Shown: one piece after another, positions 1 to 9,458 of the stretch
Layout: each line of letters opens with the position of its first letter
Position numbering within the stretch: the stretch's first letter is position 1
Virus record (IMG/VR): IMGVR_UViG_3300050138_000573
Location: 2,098 to 66,097 of that record
DNA from: a virus
Lineage: Duplodnaviria; Caudoviricetes
Direction: 5' to 3' (one strand)
Length of the DNA stretch: 64,000 nt
Position numbers and translations under genes: made by a program
The notes under the pieces: model-generated
What the model was told of the DNA's origin: nothing
The model's input: only the letters and a program-made list of their open reading frames with translations
Databases searched by the model: none

Positions 1-176
1 ACATGGATCCGGAGGAGCGCGCCTACCTGCTTAACCTCGGCTGGCCGGCAGTGTGCACGCGTTACGAAACCGAACAGCCCGAGCACTTCGCCCTCTTCAA
101 CCAATAACTTTCCTGTCGTAAGGACTGCCGCCGAAAGCGCGAGGAGCGCCGGCAGGCCGCGCGACGGACAAACAAA

Positions 177-569
177 ATGAAAACGCCATGCATAGTAAGC
201 GCCGGTGCCCTAACAACGGACGGTTATCGGCAGGTGTGGATTGGTGGCAAACTGTGTTTGGCGCATCGCGTTGCTTATGAGAAAGCACACGGCCCAATTC
301 CTGCCGGCCTGCAAATCGATCACCTTTGCCGCAATCGCGCCTGCGAAAATCCCGAGCATTTGGAAGCGGTCACGCCGGCCGAGAACATCCATCGCGGGCA
401 GGGATTGGCGGCGATTAACAAACGAAAAACCCATTGTAAGCGCGGGCACGAATTGGCCGGCGCGAATCTGTACCTTTACCCGGATGGCCGACGCTCATGC
501 ATTACGTGTGAGAAGGCTAACCGGGAAGCTAGAAACCTCCGCAATTCGCGGACCTCGGATCAGAGGTAA
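177..569 (+). CDS. HNH homing endonuclease with C-terminal Zn-finger
   Basis: AHRVAY...IDHLCRNRACENPEHLEAVT...EN HNH motif; KTHCKRGH...CITC tail. Confidence 0.9.
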   Translation: MKTPCIVSAGALTTDGYRQVWIGGKLCLAHRVAYEKAHGPIPAGLQIDHLCRNRACENPEHLEAVTPAENIHRGQGLAAINKRKTHCKRGHELAGANLYLYPDGRRSCITCEKANREARNLRNSRTSDQR

Positions 570-583
570 AACGATAACCAAAA

Positions 584-1039
584 ATGAGCACCCAAAAAGC
601 CAAGTTTGAACTGATCGCCCGCTTGCGAAACCTAGGTTTCACGTATGAGGAAGCTTTCGCGCTGCGCCGCATTGAAATGACGTTGCACCGCTGGGCCGAG
701 CTGGAGTGCGGCGACGAATATAATCGCTGCATTGAGCGCGACGAAGCGACGGGCAAACCGTTTATGACCTACGATGCCGGACAAAACGGCAAGCGCGGGC
801 GCTACTCGATCGCCGACCGCGAGGCCGGCGCGTTGCGGCGCCTTAAAATCATCCTGGAAGCGTGCAACGCGCGCCATGCCCGGGACCCGCGCAATTCGGA
901 TTACCTGACGGCCTATCATCAGGGCGATTGCCGAGGCTGCATGCTTTACATTCTCACGCGGCAACAGCTCACAGGCGACGAAAACCGCCTGCTGGATGCC
1001 GATCAATATTACACGCGCGGCTTAGCGGTGTGCGCCTAA
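584..1039 (+). CDS. hypothetical phage protein
   Basis: 151-aa ORF in tightly packed + strand run; ends YHQGDCRGCMLYI...YYTRGLAVC. Confidence 0.75.
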   Translation: MSTQKAKFELIARLRNLGFTYEEAFALRRIEMTLHRWAELECGDEYNRCIERDEATGKPFMTYDAGQNGKRGRYSIADREAGALRRLKIILEACNARHARDPRNSDYLTAYHQGDCRGCMLYILTRQQLTGDENRLLDADQYYTRGLAVCA

Positions 1040-1064
1040 CGTCAGTCAAAACCTCGAAAAACCC

Positions 1065-1448
1065 ATGAAAGCAGAATCGATCCAGAAAAAGGACGCGCTG
1101 ACCCTTTGGCGCACGCTGTCAGATAACGCCGAGCTCACGCCGGCTCCGATCCCGTACAAGCACCGCGGCACCACCATCGACGAGGACGGCGTCAGGATTT
1201 GCGGCTCAAAGCCGTTCATCCTGGCAGTCTTGTCGCGCCTGAAACCGTTGCTCGCGTTTGAAAACTGCGACACGCGGCTTGGCATTTCCTTTTCCGAAAT
1301 CACGGATAAGGACACGCAAGAAGTGATCGCCGGCAAATTCCGTTGCTCGGTGCAAGTGCACGAGCGCGGCGACGAAGCGCGCCACTTTAACCACCTCGTG
1401 CAACGGCGCACGGGCACAAGCATGATTTTGACGGGGGTGGAATCATGA
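1065..1448 (+). CDS. hypothetical protein
   Basis: 127-aa ORF, ATGA-coupled to next gene. Confidence 0.7.
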   Translation: MKAESIQKKDALTLWRTLSDNAELTPAPIPYKHRGTTIDEDGVRICGSKPFILAVLSRLKPLLAFENCDTRLGISFSEITDKDTQEVIAGKFRCSVQVHERGDEARHFNHLVQRRTGTSMILTGVES

Positions 1449-1627
1449 GCACCCATCCGTCACACCGGCCGCGCTACGCCGTGGCCTTTTACCGCACCGA
1501 CAAACGGCCGCGCGTCTTCCACTTCCGCTCCTGGGACGTGGCGCTTGACGCCGCGGACCGCTTTGCGGACAGACTGCATGCCGTCGCCATGATCCACGAA
1601 ATGCCGGTAAAACCCCTCGCGCGATGA
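1445..1627 (+). CDS. hypothetical protein
   Basis: ATGA overlaps at both ends. Confidence 0.6.
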   Translation: MSTHPSHRPRYAVAFYRTDKRPRVFHFRSWDVALDAADRFADRLHAVAMIHEMPVKPLAR

Positions 1628-1938
1628 ACGCACAACTCGACATCTTCGGCGCCGACGAAACGGCCGTGCGCTCATTCCCGCCGCACCTCGATCCGGCACG
1701 CGTGCACGACTACGACATCCAGCGCGAGGCGGACACAGACCACGTGGCCGCGGTTGTCGCTGGGGTGTTGCCAGTCGGCGCGCTGGGTAACAATCGCGAC
1801 GTGTGGCTCGTCCAGGTGCTCGACAAAGACCGCGAAATCCTCGCGTCCTTTCCCTTCGCCACCTACGAGCAGGCATTTGCCAAGCTCAGCGAACTGCGGG
1901 ACACCGTGGATCTCAACCGTCAGCAAACCCTGTTTTAA
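1624..1938 (+). CDS. hypothetical protein
   Basis: ATGA-coupled 104-aa ORF. Confidence 0.65.
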   Translation: MNAQLDIFGADETAVRSFPPHLDPARVHDYDIQREADTDHVAAVVAGVLPVGALGNNRDVWLVQVLDKDREILASFPFATYEQAFAKLSELRDTVDLNRQQTLF

Positions 1939-1942
1939 TCCC

Positions 1943-2227
1943 ATGAAAATCGACATCTCAAAACTCAACAAGGCCGTGATCCTCGCGAGCCTTTACAACC
2001 ACGCGAAGCCGCAAGGCACCGAAGCCGCGCAGCACACGGCCGACATGAGCAAAGTCCAGGCCGAGGCCATCATCGCCGGCCAAAAGGAAACTTATTTCGA
2101 GTTTCTCAACGGCCGCGGGCTGAAGGTCGATCTCGTTGGCCCGGAAATGGACACCGAGCGATACGACCAGGACAACGGGCCCGGCGCGGCCTTCGCGGCG
2201 CTCCGCCACCTGCTTCCGCAACCTTAA
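1943..2227 (+). CDS. hypothetical phage protein (MKIDISKLNKAVILASLYN...)
   Basis: ATG 4 nt after previous stop; 94 aa, protein-like composition. Confidence 0.7.
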   Translation: MKIDISKLNKAVILASLYNHAKPQGTEAAQHTADMSKVQAEAIIAGQKETYFEFLNGRGLKVDLVGPEMDTERYDQDNGPGAAFAALRHLLPQP

Positions 2228-2234
2228 TAACCCT

Positions 2235-2792
2235 ATGAAACCAATCAAACCCATCTGGCAGAGTCTAATCGCGATGATTATCATCATCATTGTCGGCGCG
2301 CTCGCGCTCTGTCTCGTGTCGGCTGCACTCGCTGATCTCACGCCAACCGAGGCGCGCGCCAATCTGCAGGCCGCAGTGAACCAGATTGCCGCCGAACAGG
2401 CCGCGGCCGCGCAACGCGCCAAGCTGCTCGCCGCCCGCAAGGCGAAGGCCGAGCAAAAGGCGCAGGACCGTGCCGACCAGCACCAGGCCGCGGTCGCGGC
2501 GCAACAGGAGGCGCAGAACGCGCGCGCCGAGGCCGAACGCGCGCGGCTGGCCCAGGCGGCGTGGATCGCGGCCGAACCCGCGCGGCGCCGTGAAGCGGAG
2601 CGGCAGCAGGCGATGATCGCGGCCTGGCGGGCGCAGCTCGCGCATACGCCGAACATCATCATTTTCTATCGCGCCGGCAGGGTGATTATCTCGGTGAACG
2701 GCAAGTGCCGCGTGTGCACGAGCCAGGTCGAGGCCGAGCAGTTGGCCGATCGCGTGCGCCATGATTGGGCCGAGGATATGGGGCTAAAATGA
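2235..2792 (+). CDS. membrane-anchored Ala/Gln-rich coiled-coil protein
   Basis: N-terminal hydrophobic LIAMIIIIIVGALALCLVSAALA followed by AQ-rich helix. Confidence 0.7.
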   Translation: MKPIKPIWQSLIAMIIIIIVGALALCLVSAALADLTPTEARANLQAAVNQIAAEQAAAAQRAKLLAARKAKAEQKAQDRADQHQAAVAAQQEAQNARAEAERARLAQAAWIAAEPARRREAERQQAMIAAWRAQLAHTPNIIIFYRAGRVIISVNGKCRVCTSQVEAEQLADRVRHDWAEDMGLK

Positions 2793-2941
2793 TCCTGCGC
2801 TACTTTGCCTTCGTCGCCTGCTGCGTCCTGTTTCATCCCGCCGTGCGCCTGATGGTGGTGCTGCTGCGCGTGGCGGATTCATGGTGGTATGAAAAAAGAG
2901 TTGACCGCCGGCGACGGGCGGCGCATTTCACACGCGTATGA
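2789..2941 (+). CDS. small hydrophobic protein (50 aa, not in ORF track)
   Basis: MILRYFAFVACCVLFHPAVRLMVVLLRV...; ATGA overlaps at both ends. Confidence 0.5.
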   Translation: MILRYFAFVACCVLFHPAVRLMVVLLRVADSWWYEKRVDRRRRAAHFTRV

Positions 2942-3315
2942 AAAAGTACTGGCTACTCCAATTCCTGATTTTCGCATGGCTCCTGTTCGGCTTCTGGGAT
3001 TGTGTAGCAGGGCAGCCGATCAAGTATGTCCTCCAGGATTTCTTTGTGGCTGGCGTCGGGCTTTGTATGCTCGTGGCTTTCCGGGATCGGGATCGCGCGG
3101 TCGAACTCCTGGAGGCAGCGCACAGCGGAAAGTGGCTCATCTGGAGTGTGGAGCACGCCGCTTGGTGGAAGCCGGACGAGAACGATTACACGGCATGCAA
3201 GGCTGAGGCGGGACGCTATTCGTTCATGGACGCGCTGGCGATCGTGCGGCGCGGGAATCACTTTGCTTCGCCCGATGAACCGCACGAGGCGATGGTCAAG
3301 GAGGACGAGGAATGA
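2938..3315 (+). CDS. hypothetical membrane protein
   Basis: two hydrophobic segments then WLIWSVEHAAWWKP; preceded by TTGACC at 2901. Confidence 0.7.
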   Translation: MKKYWLLQFLIFAWLLFGFWDCVAGQPIKYVLQDFFVAGVGLCMLVAFRDRDRAVELLEAAHSGKWLIWSVEHAAWWKPDENDYTACKAEAGRYSFMDALAIVRRGNHFASPDEPHEAMVKEDEE

Positions 3316-3455
3316 GTCGCATCGAAGTCATCAGGTGCCTGATCTGGACCAGCGCCGTGACGCTGATCCTTTGCGGCGCGTTCTTCATCGATTGGCGCGT
3401 TGGCATGATCGTATTGGGCATTGGCCTTTACCGCTTTTCGTGGGTCATATCATGA
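3312..3455 (+). CDS. small membrane protein (47 aa, not in ORF track)
   Basis: MSRIEVIRCLIWTSAVTLILCGAFFIDWRVGMIVLGIGLYRFSWVIS; ATGA-coupled on both sides. Confidence 0.55.
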   Translation: MSRIEVIRCLIWTSAVTLILCGAFFIDWRVGMIVLGIGLYRFSWVIS

Positions 3456-3652
3456 ACCGCCCCGTTGACATCCACACGCGCGCCGAGCAACTCGTGCGCG
3501 AGTCCCGCGGCGAGATGACGAAGCTCGAAGCCTATCGCAAACTCTCGCGCCGCGGGCGTGAGGCAAGACAGCGGCGCCGCGGCTACTCGCAACAGGGCGT
3601 GCTGCACCCCACCCAGGCCGATCGCTCGGCGTTCTGGTATCTCGACAAATGA
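3452..3652 (+). CDS. small basic hypothetical protein
   Basis: MNRPVDIHTRAEQL..., coupled to neighbours. Confidence 0.6.
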   Translation: MNRPVDIHTRAEQLVRESRGEMTKLEAYRKLSRRGREARQRRRGYSQQGVLHPTQADRSAFWYLDK

Positions 3653-3897
3653 AAATCTACAAATATCCGATTCAAATCGTGTCCGAACAGGACATCGAAA
3701 TGCCTTACGCGGCCGAGATCATCCATGCCGGTTTGGATCCTACAGGACAACCGTGCATCTGGGCCGTCGTCAATCCCGGGTTCGATCCGAAGCCGCGCCG
3801 AATCTTTGTTGTCGGCACGGGCCGGGAGTTTGAGACATGGGAACGGCACCTCGGAAGCTTCCTACAGGATCAATTTGTCTGGCACGTTTTCCAGTGA
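3649..3897 (+). CDS. conserved small phage protein (IYKYP...IFVVGTG...FVWHVF type)
   Basis: recognisable phage motif pattern; ATGA overlap. Confidence 0.75.
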   Translation: MKIYKYPIQIVSEQDIEMPYAAEIIHAGLDPTGQPCIWAVVNPGFDPKPRRIFVVGTGREFETWERHLGSFLQDQFVWHVFQ

Positions 3898-4475
3898 AAA
3901 TCCCGCTCATCATCCGCGATGACGGCACGGCGTATCGGCTGACGCTGCACGAAGATCACCCCCCGTTCCCAGAGCTGGGCACAGAGGAAAACGGCTTTGT
4001 GCTTCACTCGGTCTCCACAGCCCCGGTCGGAAATATGGAAACCAACTGGCTGCTCCATGAGGAATTCAGGAAGCCTGCAGAAGCAGATTTGCTCGCCGGC
4101 TACGCGCATGTCGTCAGGGAACGCGACGACCTCGCAGAGTGGAAGCGGCAATATCTCGAGGTCGAACACTGGTGGCAGGAAGTCGATGACTACATTCGCA
4201 AGCTCCCCAGCGAATTTACGCTGGGGCAAAGCATCGCCAAGATCGCGCTGCGCATGCTGAAGGAGCGCGACGCATTGAAGGAGCAATACGCCAGCTATCG
4301 CACCGGCACGCATTACCCGAATGAGCCCCTGCCCGACATCCAGTGGGATGGTCCGAAGGAGCGTGAAGAACTCGCGAGGCTCGCAGCGGATTATTTGGAC
4401 ACGCAACCTAGCCAGATCCTCGAAGTCAGGCGCCCGACTTTCGTGCGCATCTGGAAAGCCCTCCTGCGCAAATGA
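3894..4475 (+). CDS. hypothetical protein
   Basis: GTGA overlap with previous stop; 193 aa. Confidence 0.65.
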   Translation: MKIPLIIRDDGTAYRLTLHEDHPPFPELGTEENGFVLHSVSTAPVGNMETNWLLHEEFRKPAEADLLAGYAHVVRERDDLAEWKRQYLEVEHWWQEVDDYIRKLPSEFTLGQSIAKIALRMLKERDALKEQYASYRTGTHYPNEPLPDIQWDGPKEREELARLAADYLDTQPSQILEVRRPTFVRIWKALLRK

Positions 4476-4585
4476 CCAACCGTGAGTTTGAGCGCATCTG
4501 CCGGCTGCTGGGAATCGGGGCATGGATCCTGATCTTGGCGGGGCTGGCGCTGGCTGTGATCTCGGTGCTCGCGGTTTGCACGTAG
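4472..4585 (+). CDS. small single-TM protein (37 aa, not in ORF track)
   Basis: MTNREFERICRLLGIGAWILILAGLALAVISVLAVCT; ATGA overlap. Confidence 0.5.
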   Translation: MTNREFERICRLLGIGAWILILAGLALAVISVLAVCT

Positions 4586-4601
4586 AAATCATTTTCACGA
4601 A

Positions 4602-4910
4602 ATGAAGCACGTTTTCGAAGGCGACATCACTGGCGAATCCTACGACAAAGTAGGGCATCAATTTCTCGGCGGCATGATTGCAGATGAATGGGCGGCCAAA
4701 TTAGGCGAGCGCTTGGCTCGTGCCGAGGCGGTTAAGCGGGAGAATCAAGCCATGCTGGGCATCATCATGGCCTTGGTAAAACGGGCGGGCGGCGAGGTGC
4801 GGTTGAGCGACTTGGAGTTGACCGAAATGATGGATCCCAAATGTGAGCTGTTGACCCATCGGGATGATGCGCACGCCGAGGTCGTTTTTCGCTACAGACT
4901 CAAGCTGTAA
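4602..4910 (+). CDS. hypothetical protein
   Basis: 102-aa ORF flanked by 13-bp direct repeat AAATCATTTTCAC. Confidence 0.65.
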   Translation: MKHVFEGDITGESYDKVGHQFLGGMIADEWAAKLGERLARAEAVKRENQAMLGIIMALVKRAGGEVRLSDLELTEMMDPKCELLTHRDDAHAEVVFRYRLKL

Positions 4911-4914
4911 ATCA

Positions 4915-4944
4915 TTTTCACAACTGCGTGAAAAAGAGTTGACG
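4915..4944 (+). promoter_or_regulatory. palindrome TTTTCAC-N6-GTGAAAA abutting a -35-like TTGACG
   Basis: intergenic inverted repeat 4915-4934; TTGACG 4939-4944. Confidence 0.45.
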
Positions 4945-4980
4945 GCGACGCGGGAGCGGAGCAAACCACAATTCCTGCCT

Positions 4981-5532
4981 ATGAAAATCTACGCCAAGTG
5001 CTCCGCTGAGGTTCTGGCCAAAGTAAGCGCCATGATCGAAAAGTTTCACCCCACCCTGAGCGGTGTGGGTATCAAAATCGCCTGTCTGTCCGTTGCCAAC
5101 ACCGACGAAGATGAGCCGGCCCTGTTGCTGCACGGCTATCCCTGCGCGGCCGTCGTGCGGCTCCTGGGCGCGAAGGATCGCGTGCGCGGCATCGGTGACG
5201 CCGAGATCGTTTTCGACGAGGCGGTGTTCAATGACATGGAGGAGGCCGAACAGAATGCGCTCATCGACCACGAGCTCTGTCACCTCGACGTGAAGCGGAA
5301 GCCAAAGACCGGCAAGCCCATTTTCGATTGCTACAAGCGGCCGGCGCTCACGATGAAACTGCATGACCGGCAGTTCGGCTGGTTCGACGAGGTGGCGAAG
5401 CGCCACGGCTCCGCATCGCTGGAGTGCAAGCAGGCGATGGGCTTGGTGCTCTCGGGCAAGCAGGTCTATTTCAATTTCGACCTCAAAACGAAGCTGGGCG
5501 ACGGCGTGAAAGCCGAAGTCAAGCTGATGTGA
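4981..5532 (+). CDS. putative phage metallopeptidase
   Basis: ALIDHELCHL (HExxH) and downstream HD motif. Confidence 0.75.
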   Translation: MKIYAKCSAEVLAKVSAMIEKFHPTLSGVGIKIACLSVANTDEDEPALLLHGYPCAAVVRLLGAKDRVRGIGDAEIVFDEAVFNDMEEAEQNALIDHELCHLDVKRKPKTGKPIFDCYKRPALTMKLHDRQFGWFDEVAKRHGSASLECKQAMGLVLSGKQVYFNFDLKTKLGDGVKAEVKLM

Positions 5533-6137
5533 TGAAACACAGCCGCGGAGATTCGCATCCGATTCTGGACCTGTTTTTCTGGTCCTACGTGCACGAGCGC
5601 GAGAATTGGGTAACTGCTTCTGTTTTAAGGAAGCGCCGCGAGCGCAGCAATGAACTCCAAAAGGGCTACGCGATTACTGATCGAGCCAAACGAAATGCGC
5701 GTTTGCGTGATTACAATCGGCGCAATCCAGGCGCACGCAAAGCTCGCCGCGCTGCTTGGCGAATCGCGAATCCTGACAAGTGGCGCGTTTATCAAGCGCG
5801 GCACATGGCGAAAAAACGCGCCGCAAATGTTCTGTTCCGACTCCAAGGCATCCTTGGTTGTCGCATTCGGGCCGCGCTGAACGGGTTTGGTGTGCGGAAA
5901 AGCAGTAGAACTTTCCAGATCCTCGGCTGCACGCCCCAATTCCTGCGTGGCTATCTTGAGCGCCAATTCAAGCCCGGTATGTCTTGGGATCGCCGTGGCG
6001 ACATTCATATCGATCATCGCAAGCCGCTCTCATCCGCGAAGAGCAAAGCGGAACTGATGCGGTTGTGTCACTACACGAATTTGCAGCCCCTCTGGCGTTG
6101 GGAAAACCTCGCCAAATCCGACAAATTTTCAGCCTAA
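5532..6137 (+). CDS. HNH-family endonuclease-like protein
   Basis: HIDHRKPLS...CHYTNLQPLW..EN..K motif. Confidence 0.75.
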   Translation: MKHSRGDSHPILDLFFWSYVHERENWVTASVLRKRRERSNELQKGYAITDRAKRNARLRDYNRRNPGARKARRAAWRIANPDKWRVYQARHMAKKRAANVLFRLQGILGCRIRAALNGFGVRKSSRTFQILGCTPQFLRGYLERQFKPGMSWDRRGDIHIDHRKPLSSAKSKAELMRLCHYTNLQPLWRWENLAKSDKFSA

Positions 6138-6148
6138 CCAAAAATAAT

Positions 6149-7303
6149 ATGCCCGAAGAATCCTCACTCGCAGTTCAACCGGAGCCTTTTGTGAAGGCAT
6201 CCACGATCCTTGGCCATGCTCTCGGCATGGAAACCGGGATGCTCATCGACACGCTCAAGGCGCAGTTTTTCAAGAACGTGAAGCCCGAACAGGTGAGCGA
6301 TGCGCAACTCGCCACGGTCATTGCGGTCGCGAATGCGCTGCGTCTCAATCCACTGCTACCAGGCCAGCTTTATCCGTATCCCGAACGGTCGGGCGGGGTC
6401 ACAATAATGCTCGGCCCTGACGGGATTTATACGCTCCTCGCGAACAATTCCGACATCGTGGCCACGAAGGAGGGCGGCCCCGCTTGGTGGGTGGAGCACG
6501 GGAAGGATGCGGCCGGCAAGGAGACATGCACCGCGTTCATCAACCATCGCATGAAGGGACTTCTCAAGAAAACCATTTGGGTTGATGAGTGGGTCGTGGC
6601 GACAAATCCGAATTGGGCCTCAAGAAAAAAACATATGTCGGAAATCCGTGCGCTGAAACAATGCGCGCGCCAAGTGGTGCACGGCATCCCGCCAGACATG
6701 GATGAGAAGCGGTTGGGCGACATGCTCAACGTCACTGAGTCCGATCAGCCCGAGACCGTGAAGCGCGCCGACGCCCCGCCCAAAGCCGCGACGACCGGCG
6801 CCGCTGCCGCCATGAAGGTGAAGATGGGAAAAACGCGCGGCAAAGAGGTCGAGGTCACGAATGTCGTCGAGGGGGATTTCCGCATGGACCCATCGAAGCT
6901 GGCCGAACCCGTCACCACGCTGGGCGACAAGGAATCGCGCACGTTCGTCTGCACTATCAACGAGTTCACGACCGCCTGGATCGACTCGGGGGGCGCCTCG
7001 CATCCGTCCGTGCGCGTGACGCTCGACGGCGGATTCAAGGGCGCGGCTATTCACCTGGGCGGAGCGAAGGCAAATCCAGAGGAGGGCAAGCCGCCGGTCG
7101 CGGATCCTACGTACCAGCTCGACAAACCTGTGGAGATCAAACTCACGGGCCGCGCGCGCAAGGCGAAGCTGGTCGATGGCAAAGAGGTGCCTCAGCCGGC
7201 GGCAATTCTGGTCGAGAGCGTGAAGATCGCGGAGGCTGCTGCGCCGGAAAAGCCGCCCGAGACTCCCGCGCCTGAACCCGCCAAGAACGAATCGGTGGAC
7301 TGA
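6149..7303 (+). CDS. RecT/Bet-like single-strand annealing protein with extended C-terminus
   Basis: VANALRLNPL..QLYPYP..GGV..MLGPDG and W..RKKHM..IRALKQCAR Bet-type motifs. Confidence 0.8.
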   Translation: MPEESSLAVQPEPFVKASTILGHALGMETGMLIDTLKAQFFKNVKPEQVSDAQLATVIAVANALRLNPLLPGQLYPYPERSGGVTIMLGPDGIYTLLANNSDIVATKEGGPAWWVEHGKDAAGKETCTAFINHRMKGLLKKTIWVDEWVVATNPNWASRKKHMSEIRALKQCARQVVHGIPPDMDEKRLGDMLNVTESDQPETVKRADAPPKAATTGAAAAMKVKMGKTRGKEVEVTNVVEGDFRMDPSKLAEPVTTLGDKESRTFVCTINEFTTAWIDSGGASHPSVRVTLDGGFKGAAIHLGGAKANPEEGKPPVADPTYQLDKPVEIKLTGRARKAKLVDGKEVPQPAAILVESVKIAEAAAPEKPPETPAPEPAKNESVD

Positions 7304-7473
7304 TGAAGTCACACGACAAGATGGCTTACGGGTGCCTTTGGCTCGCCCTGTGCATGCTCGCTGCCGCGGTCCTGATGCTGATAATCTGGGTCATCGCGCT
7401 CGGCTTTAGCGAATCATCCACGCCCCGGAAACACACCAATACCCATCACCGCTGGACCGCCTACTACTGCTGA
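7303..7473 (+). CDS. small single-TM protein (56 aa, not in ORF track)
   Basis: TGATG overlap; CLWLALCMLAAAVLMLIIWVIALG. Confidence 0.5.
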   Translation: MKSHDKMAYGCLWLALCMLAAAVLMLIIWVIALGFSESSTPRKHTNTHHRWTAYYC

Positions 7474-7474
7474 C

Positions 7475-8299
7475 ATGAGCGAAGCCCTATTAGTCATCAC
7501 GAAGCCGATCCCGACTCCGATGGAGTTGGTGCCCGGCTCTTTCGTCGCCGACTTGGCCGACGCCGAGGCGATGGTCGCAAAGCTGGTCATCAGCGACGCC
7601 TCCACCGCCCAAGCCGCCGCCTATCTCCAACAGCGGCTCACGAAGGCCGGCACGGCGCTCGAGAAAGCGCGCGCTGACCTGAAGGCGCCACTTCTGGTTG
7701 CCGGCAAGCTGATCGACGAGACGGCCAAGGGCCCAGCCCTGCGCATCGAAGCGTGCAAGACCACGCTCAAGCGCGCCCAGGTGGCCTACGATGAGGAGCA
7801 ACGCCGCATTGCCGCCGAAACCGAGAAGAAGCGCCAGGCCGAGATCCGGGCCGCCGAGGAAGTGCGCCTGAAGGAACTGAAGCGGCTGCAGGACATCGCG
7901 GATGCCGAGGCCCGCGAAAACAAGCGGATCGCCGACGAACTCGCGGCGAAGACGCCCTACATCGGCCCGAAGGATGCCGAGGACGACCTCGACCTGGCCG
8001 ACGACACGCCGCCGCCGATCGAAAAGACCGAGACCCAGAAGGCGATCGAGGCGCTGAAGTACGCGCCGCTACCTGTGGCGCCGGCTGTGGTGCAACCGAA
8101 GACGCAAGGACTCGCGTTTCGCACCACGCTCAAGATCGCGAGCGTGGACGTGAACCTGCTGCCGGAGACCTTTGTCACGAAGACGGCGAACCTAGTCGCC
8201 CTGCGGGCGGTTTACACGTCCCCTTGGAAAGAGGGGCAGGTGCTGCCGGAGTGTCCTGGCGTGAAGTTTGAGGTCGAACGGAATCCGATCACCCGATGA
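7475..8299 (+). CDS. coiled-coil protein of recombination module
   Basis: long E/K/A/R helix; located next to annealase. Confidence 0.7.
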   Translation: MSEALLVITKPIPTPMELVPGSFVADLADAEAMVAKLVISDASTAQAAAYLQQRLTKAGTALEKARADLKAPLLVAGKLIDETAKGPALRIEACKTTLKRAQVAYDEEQRRIAAETEKKRQAEIRAAEEVRLKELKRLQDIADAEARENKRIADELAAKTPYIGPKDAEDDLDLADDTPPPIEKTETQKAIEALKYAPLPVAPAVVQPKTQGLAFRTTLKIASVDVNLLPETFVTKTANLVALRAVYTSPWKEGQVLPECPGVKFEVERNPITR

Positions 8300-8748
8300 C
8301 TCCCGACCCCGTACCGCCCGCCCCCGTCCGCGCCGACACGCAAGAGCTTGTGGCAACTCCATGCATCTTCCGCCCCGGTCGATTCGCGGGCGACGGCAAG
8401 AGCTACAGTCGGTCAGAGCGCAACGGCATCAAAGTGCCGACCCATAAAATGATTTACGAGGGCAAGTTCGGTTCTGTCCCTCACGGGCTAAACGTCTGTC
8501 ACCGCTGCAACAACAAGGGGTGCATTAACATCGATCACCTATATTTGGCGACGCAGAGCCAAAACATTCGCGACGCCTACCGCGACGGAGTTGCTATAAG
8601 TGGCAACACAAAGAAGACCAAATGCACGCGCTGCGGCGGACCGTATGAGTACAAAAAGAACGGCAAACGATTCTGTCGGCAGTGCGCGGCAATTCACACC
8701 GCCAAGTATCGAGCAAAACGGCGGATGGCCACACGAGGTGAATTATGA
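8296..8748 (+). CDS. HNH homing endonuclease
   Basis: VCHRCNNKGCINIDHLYLATQSQN; C-terminal CxxC pairs. Confidence 0.88.
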   Translation: MTPDPVPPAPVRADTQELVATPCIFRPGRFAGDGKSYSRSERNGIKVPTHKMIYEGKFGSVPHGLNVCHRCNNKGCINIDHLYLATQSQNIRDAYRDGVAISGNTKKTKCTRCGGPYEYKKNGKRFCRQCAAIHTAKYRAKRRMATRGEL

Positions 8749-9458
8749 ACCTACCACTAGAGTCCCGCAACACGGTTGGATGCTCGGCTGAAGAAATCCA
8801 GCTCCACGTTTTCGCCTGCCACGAAGAAATACACCGCCTGAAGGCCGCCCTGACCGCGCAACAAGGGCTGCCCGAGGTGGTGGCGGAGCTAGAGGTGGAG
8901 CGAATGAAAGCGGCTGCCGTGATGACCGCGAGCATTCAGAACACCGAGCGCACCGTCAAAGACCGCATCACACAGGGACACCCGTACTGGTCGCAGGGTT
9001 ACGCCGACGTTTGCCGAGCGGTAGACCGGGAGATGGAGCTACGTGCCGAGCGCGACGACCTCCGCTCCAAACTGGCGGAGAGCGAGAAGGAGGTGGAGCA
9101 ACTCAAAGGTGCCATCGCTCTCGGGCAATATAACTGCGACGCGGTTTACGATGATTTGCGCGATGAGCGAGACTTGGCGCGGGCAGAGACGGCGGCACTC
9201 AAGTTCACCATCGTCACCACCATCGGCGGGACGGTCGAAGGCGCACCGACTCACGAACTCAACTACCTGCAACGGTTACGCGAGCTAGTCGCCACCGAGC
9301 AGGAGCGCGACGCCGCCGTTGCTGCCTTGAGGGTGATTCGGGGGCCGCTCGCCGAGTACGTTCACGGCGACGAGGAGATTCCGCCCCACAAGCTCAACGA
9401 CATGCTGACCATCTGCGACCACGCCCTCGCCGCCACGCCTAACAAGGGGGAGAAGTAG
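8745..9458 (+). CDS. hypothetical coiled-coil protein
   Basis: 237 aa, ATGA-coupled. Confidence 0.65.
   Translation: MNLPLESRNTVGCSAEEIQLHVFACHEEIHRLKAALTAQQGLPEVVAELEVERMKAAAVMTASIQNTERTVKDRITQGHPYWSQGYADVCRAVDREMELRAERDDLRSKLAESEKEVEQLKGAIALGQYNCDAVYDDLRDERDLARAETAALKFTIVTTIGGTVEGAPTHELNYLQRLRELVATEQERDAAVAALRVIRGPLAEYVHGDEEIPPHKLNDMLTICDHALAATPNKGEK

Noticed and set aside
112-170. Nested hairpin upstream of the first HNH as a ribozyme
   Set aside because: Stems are present (CTGCCG/CGGCAG) but I could not match any hammerhead or HDV catalytic core.
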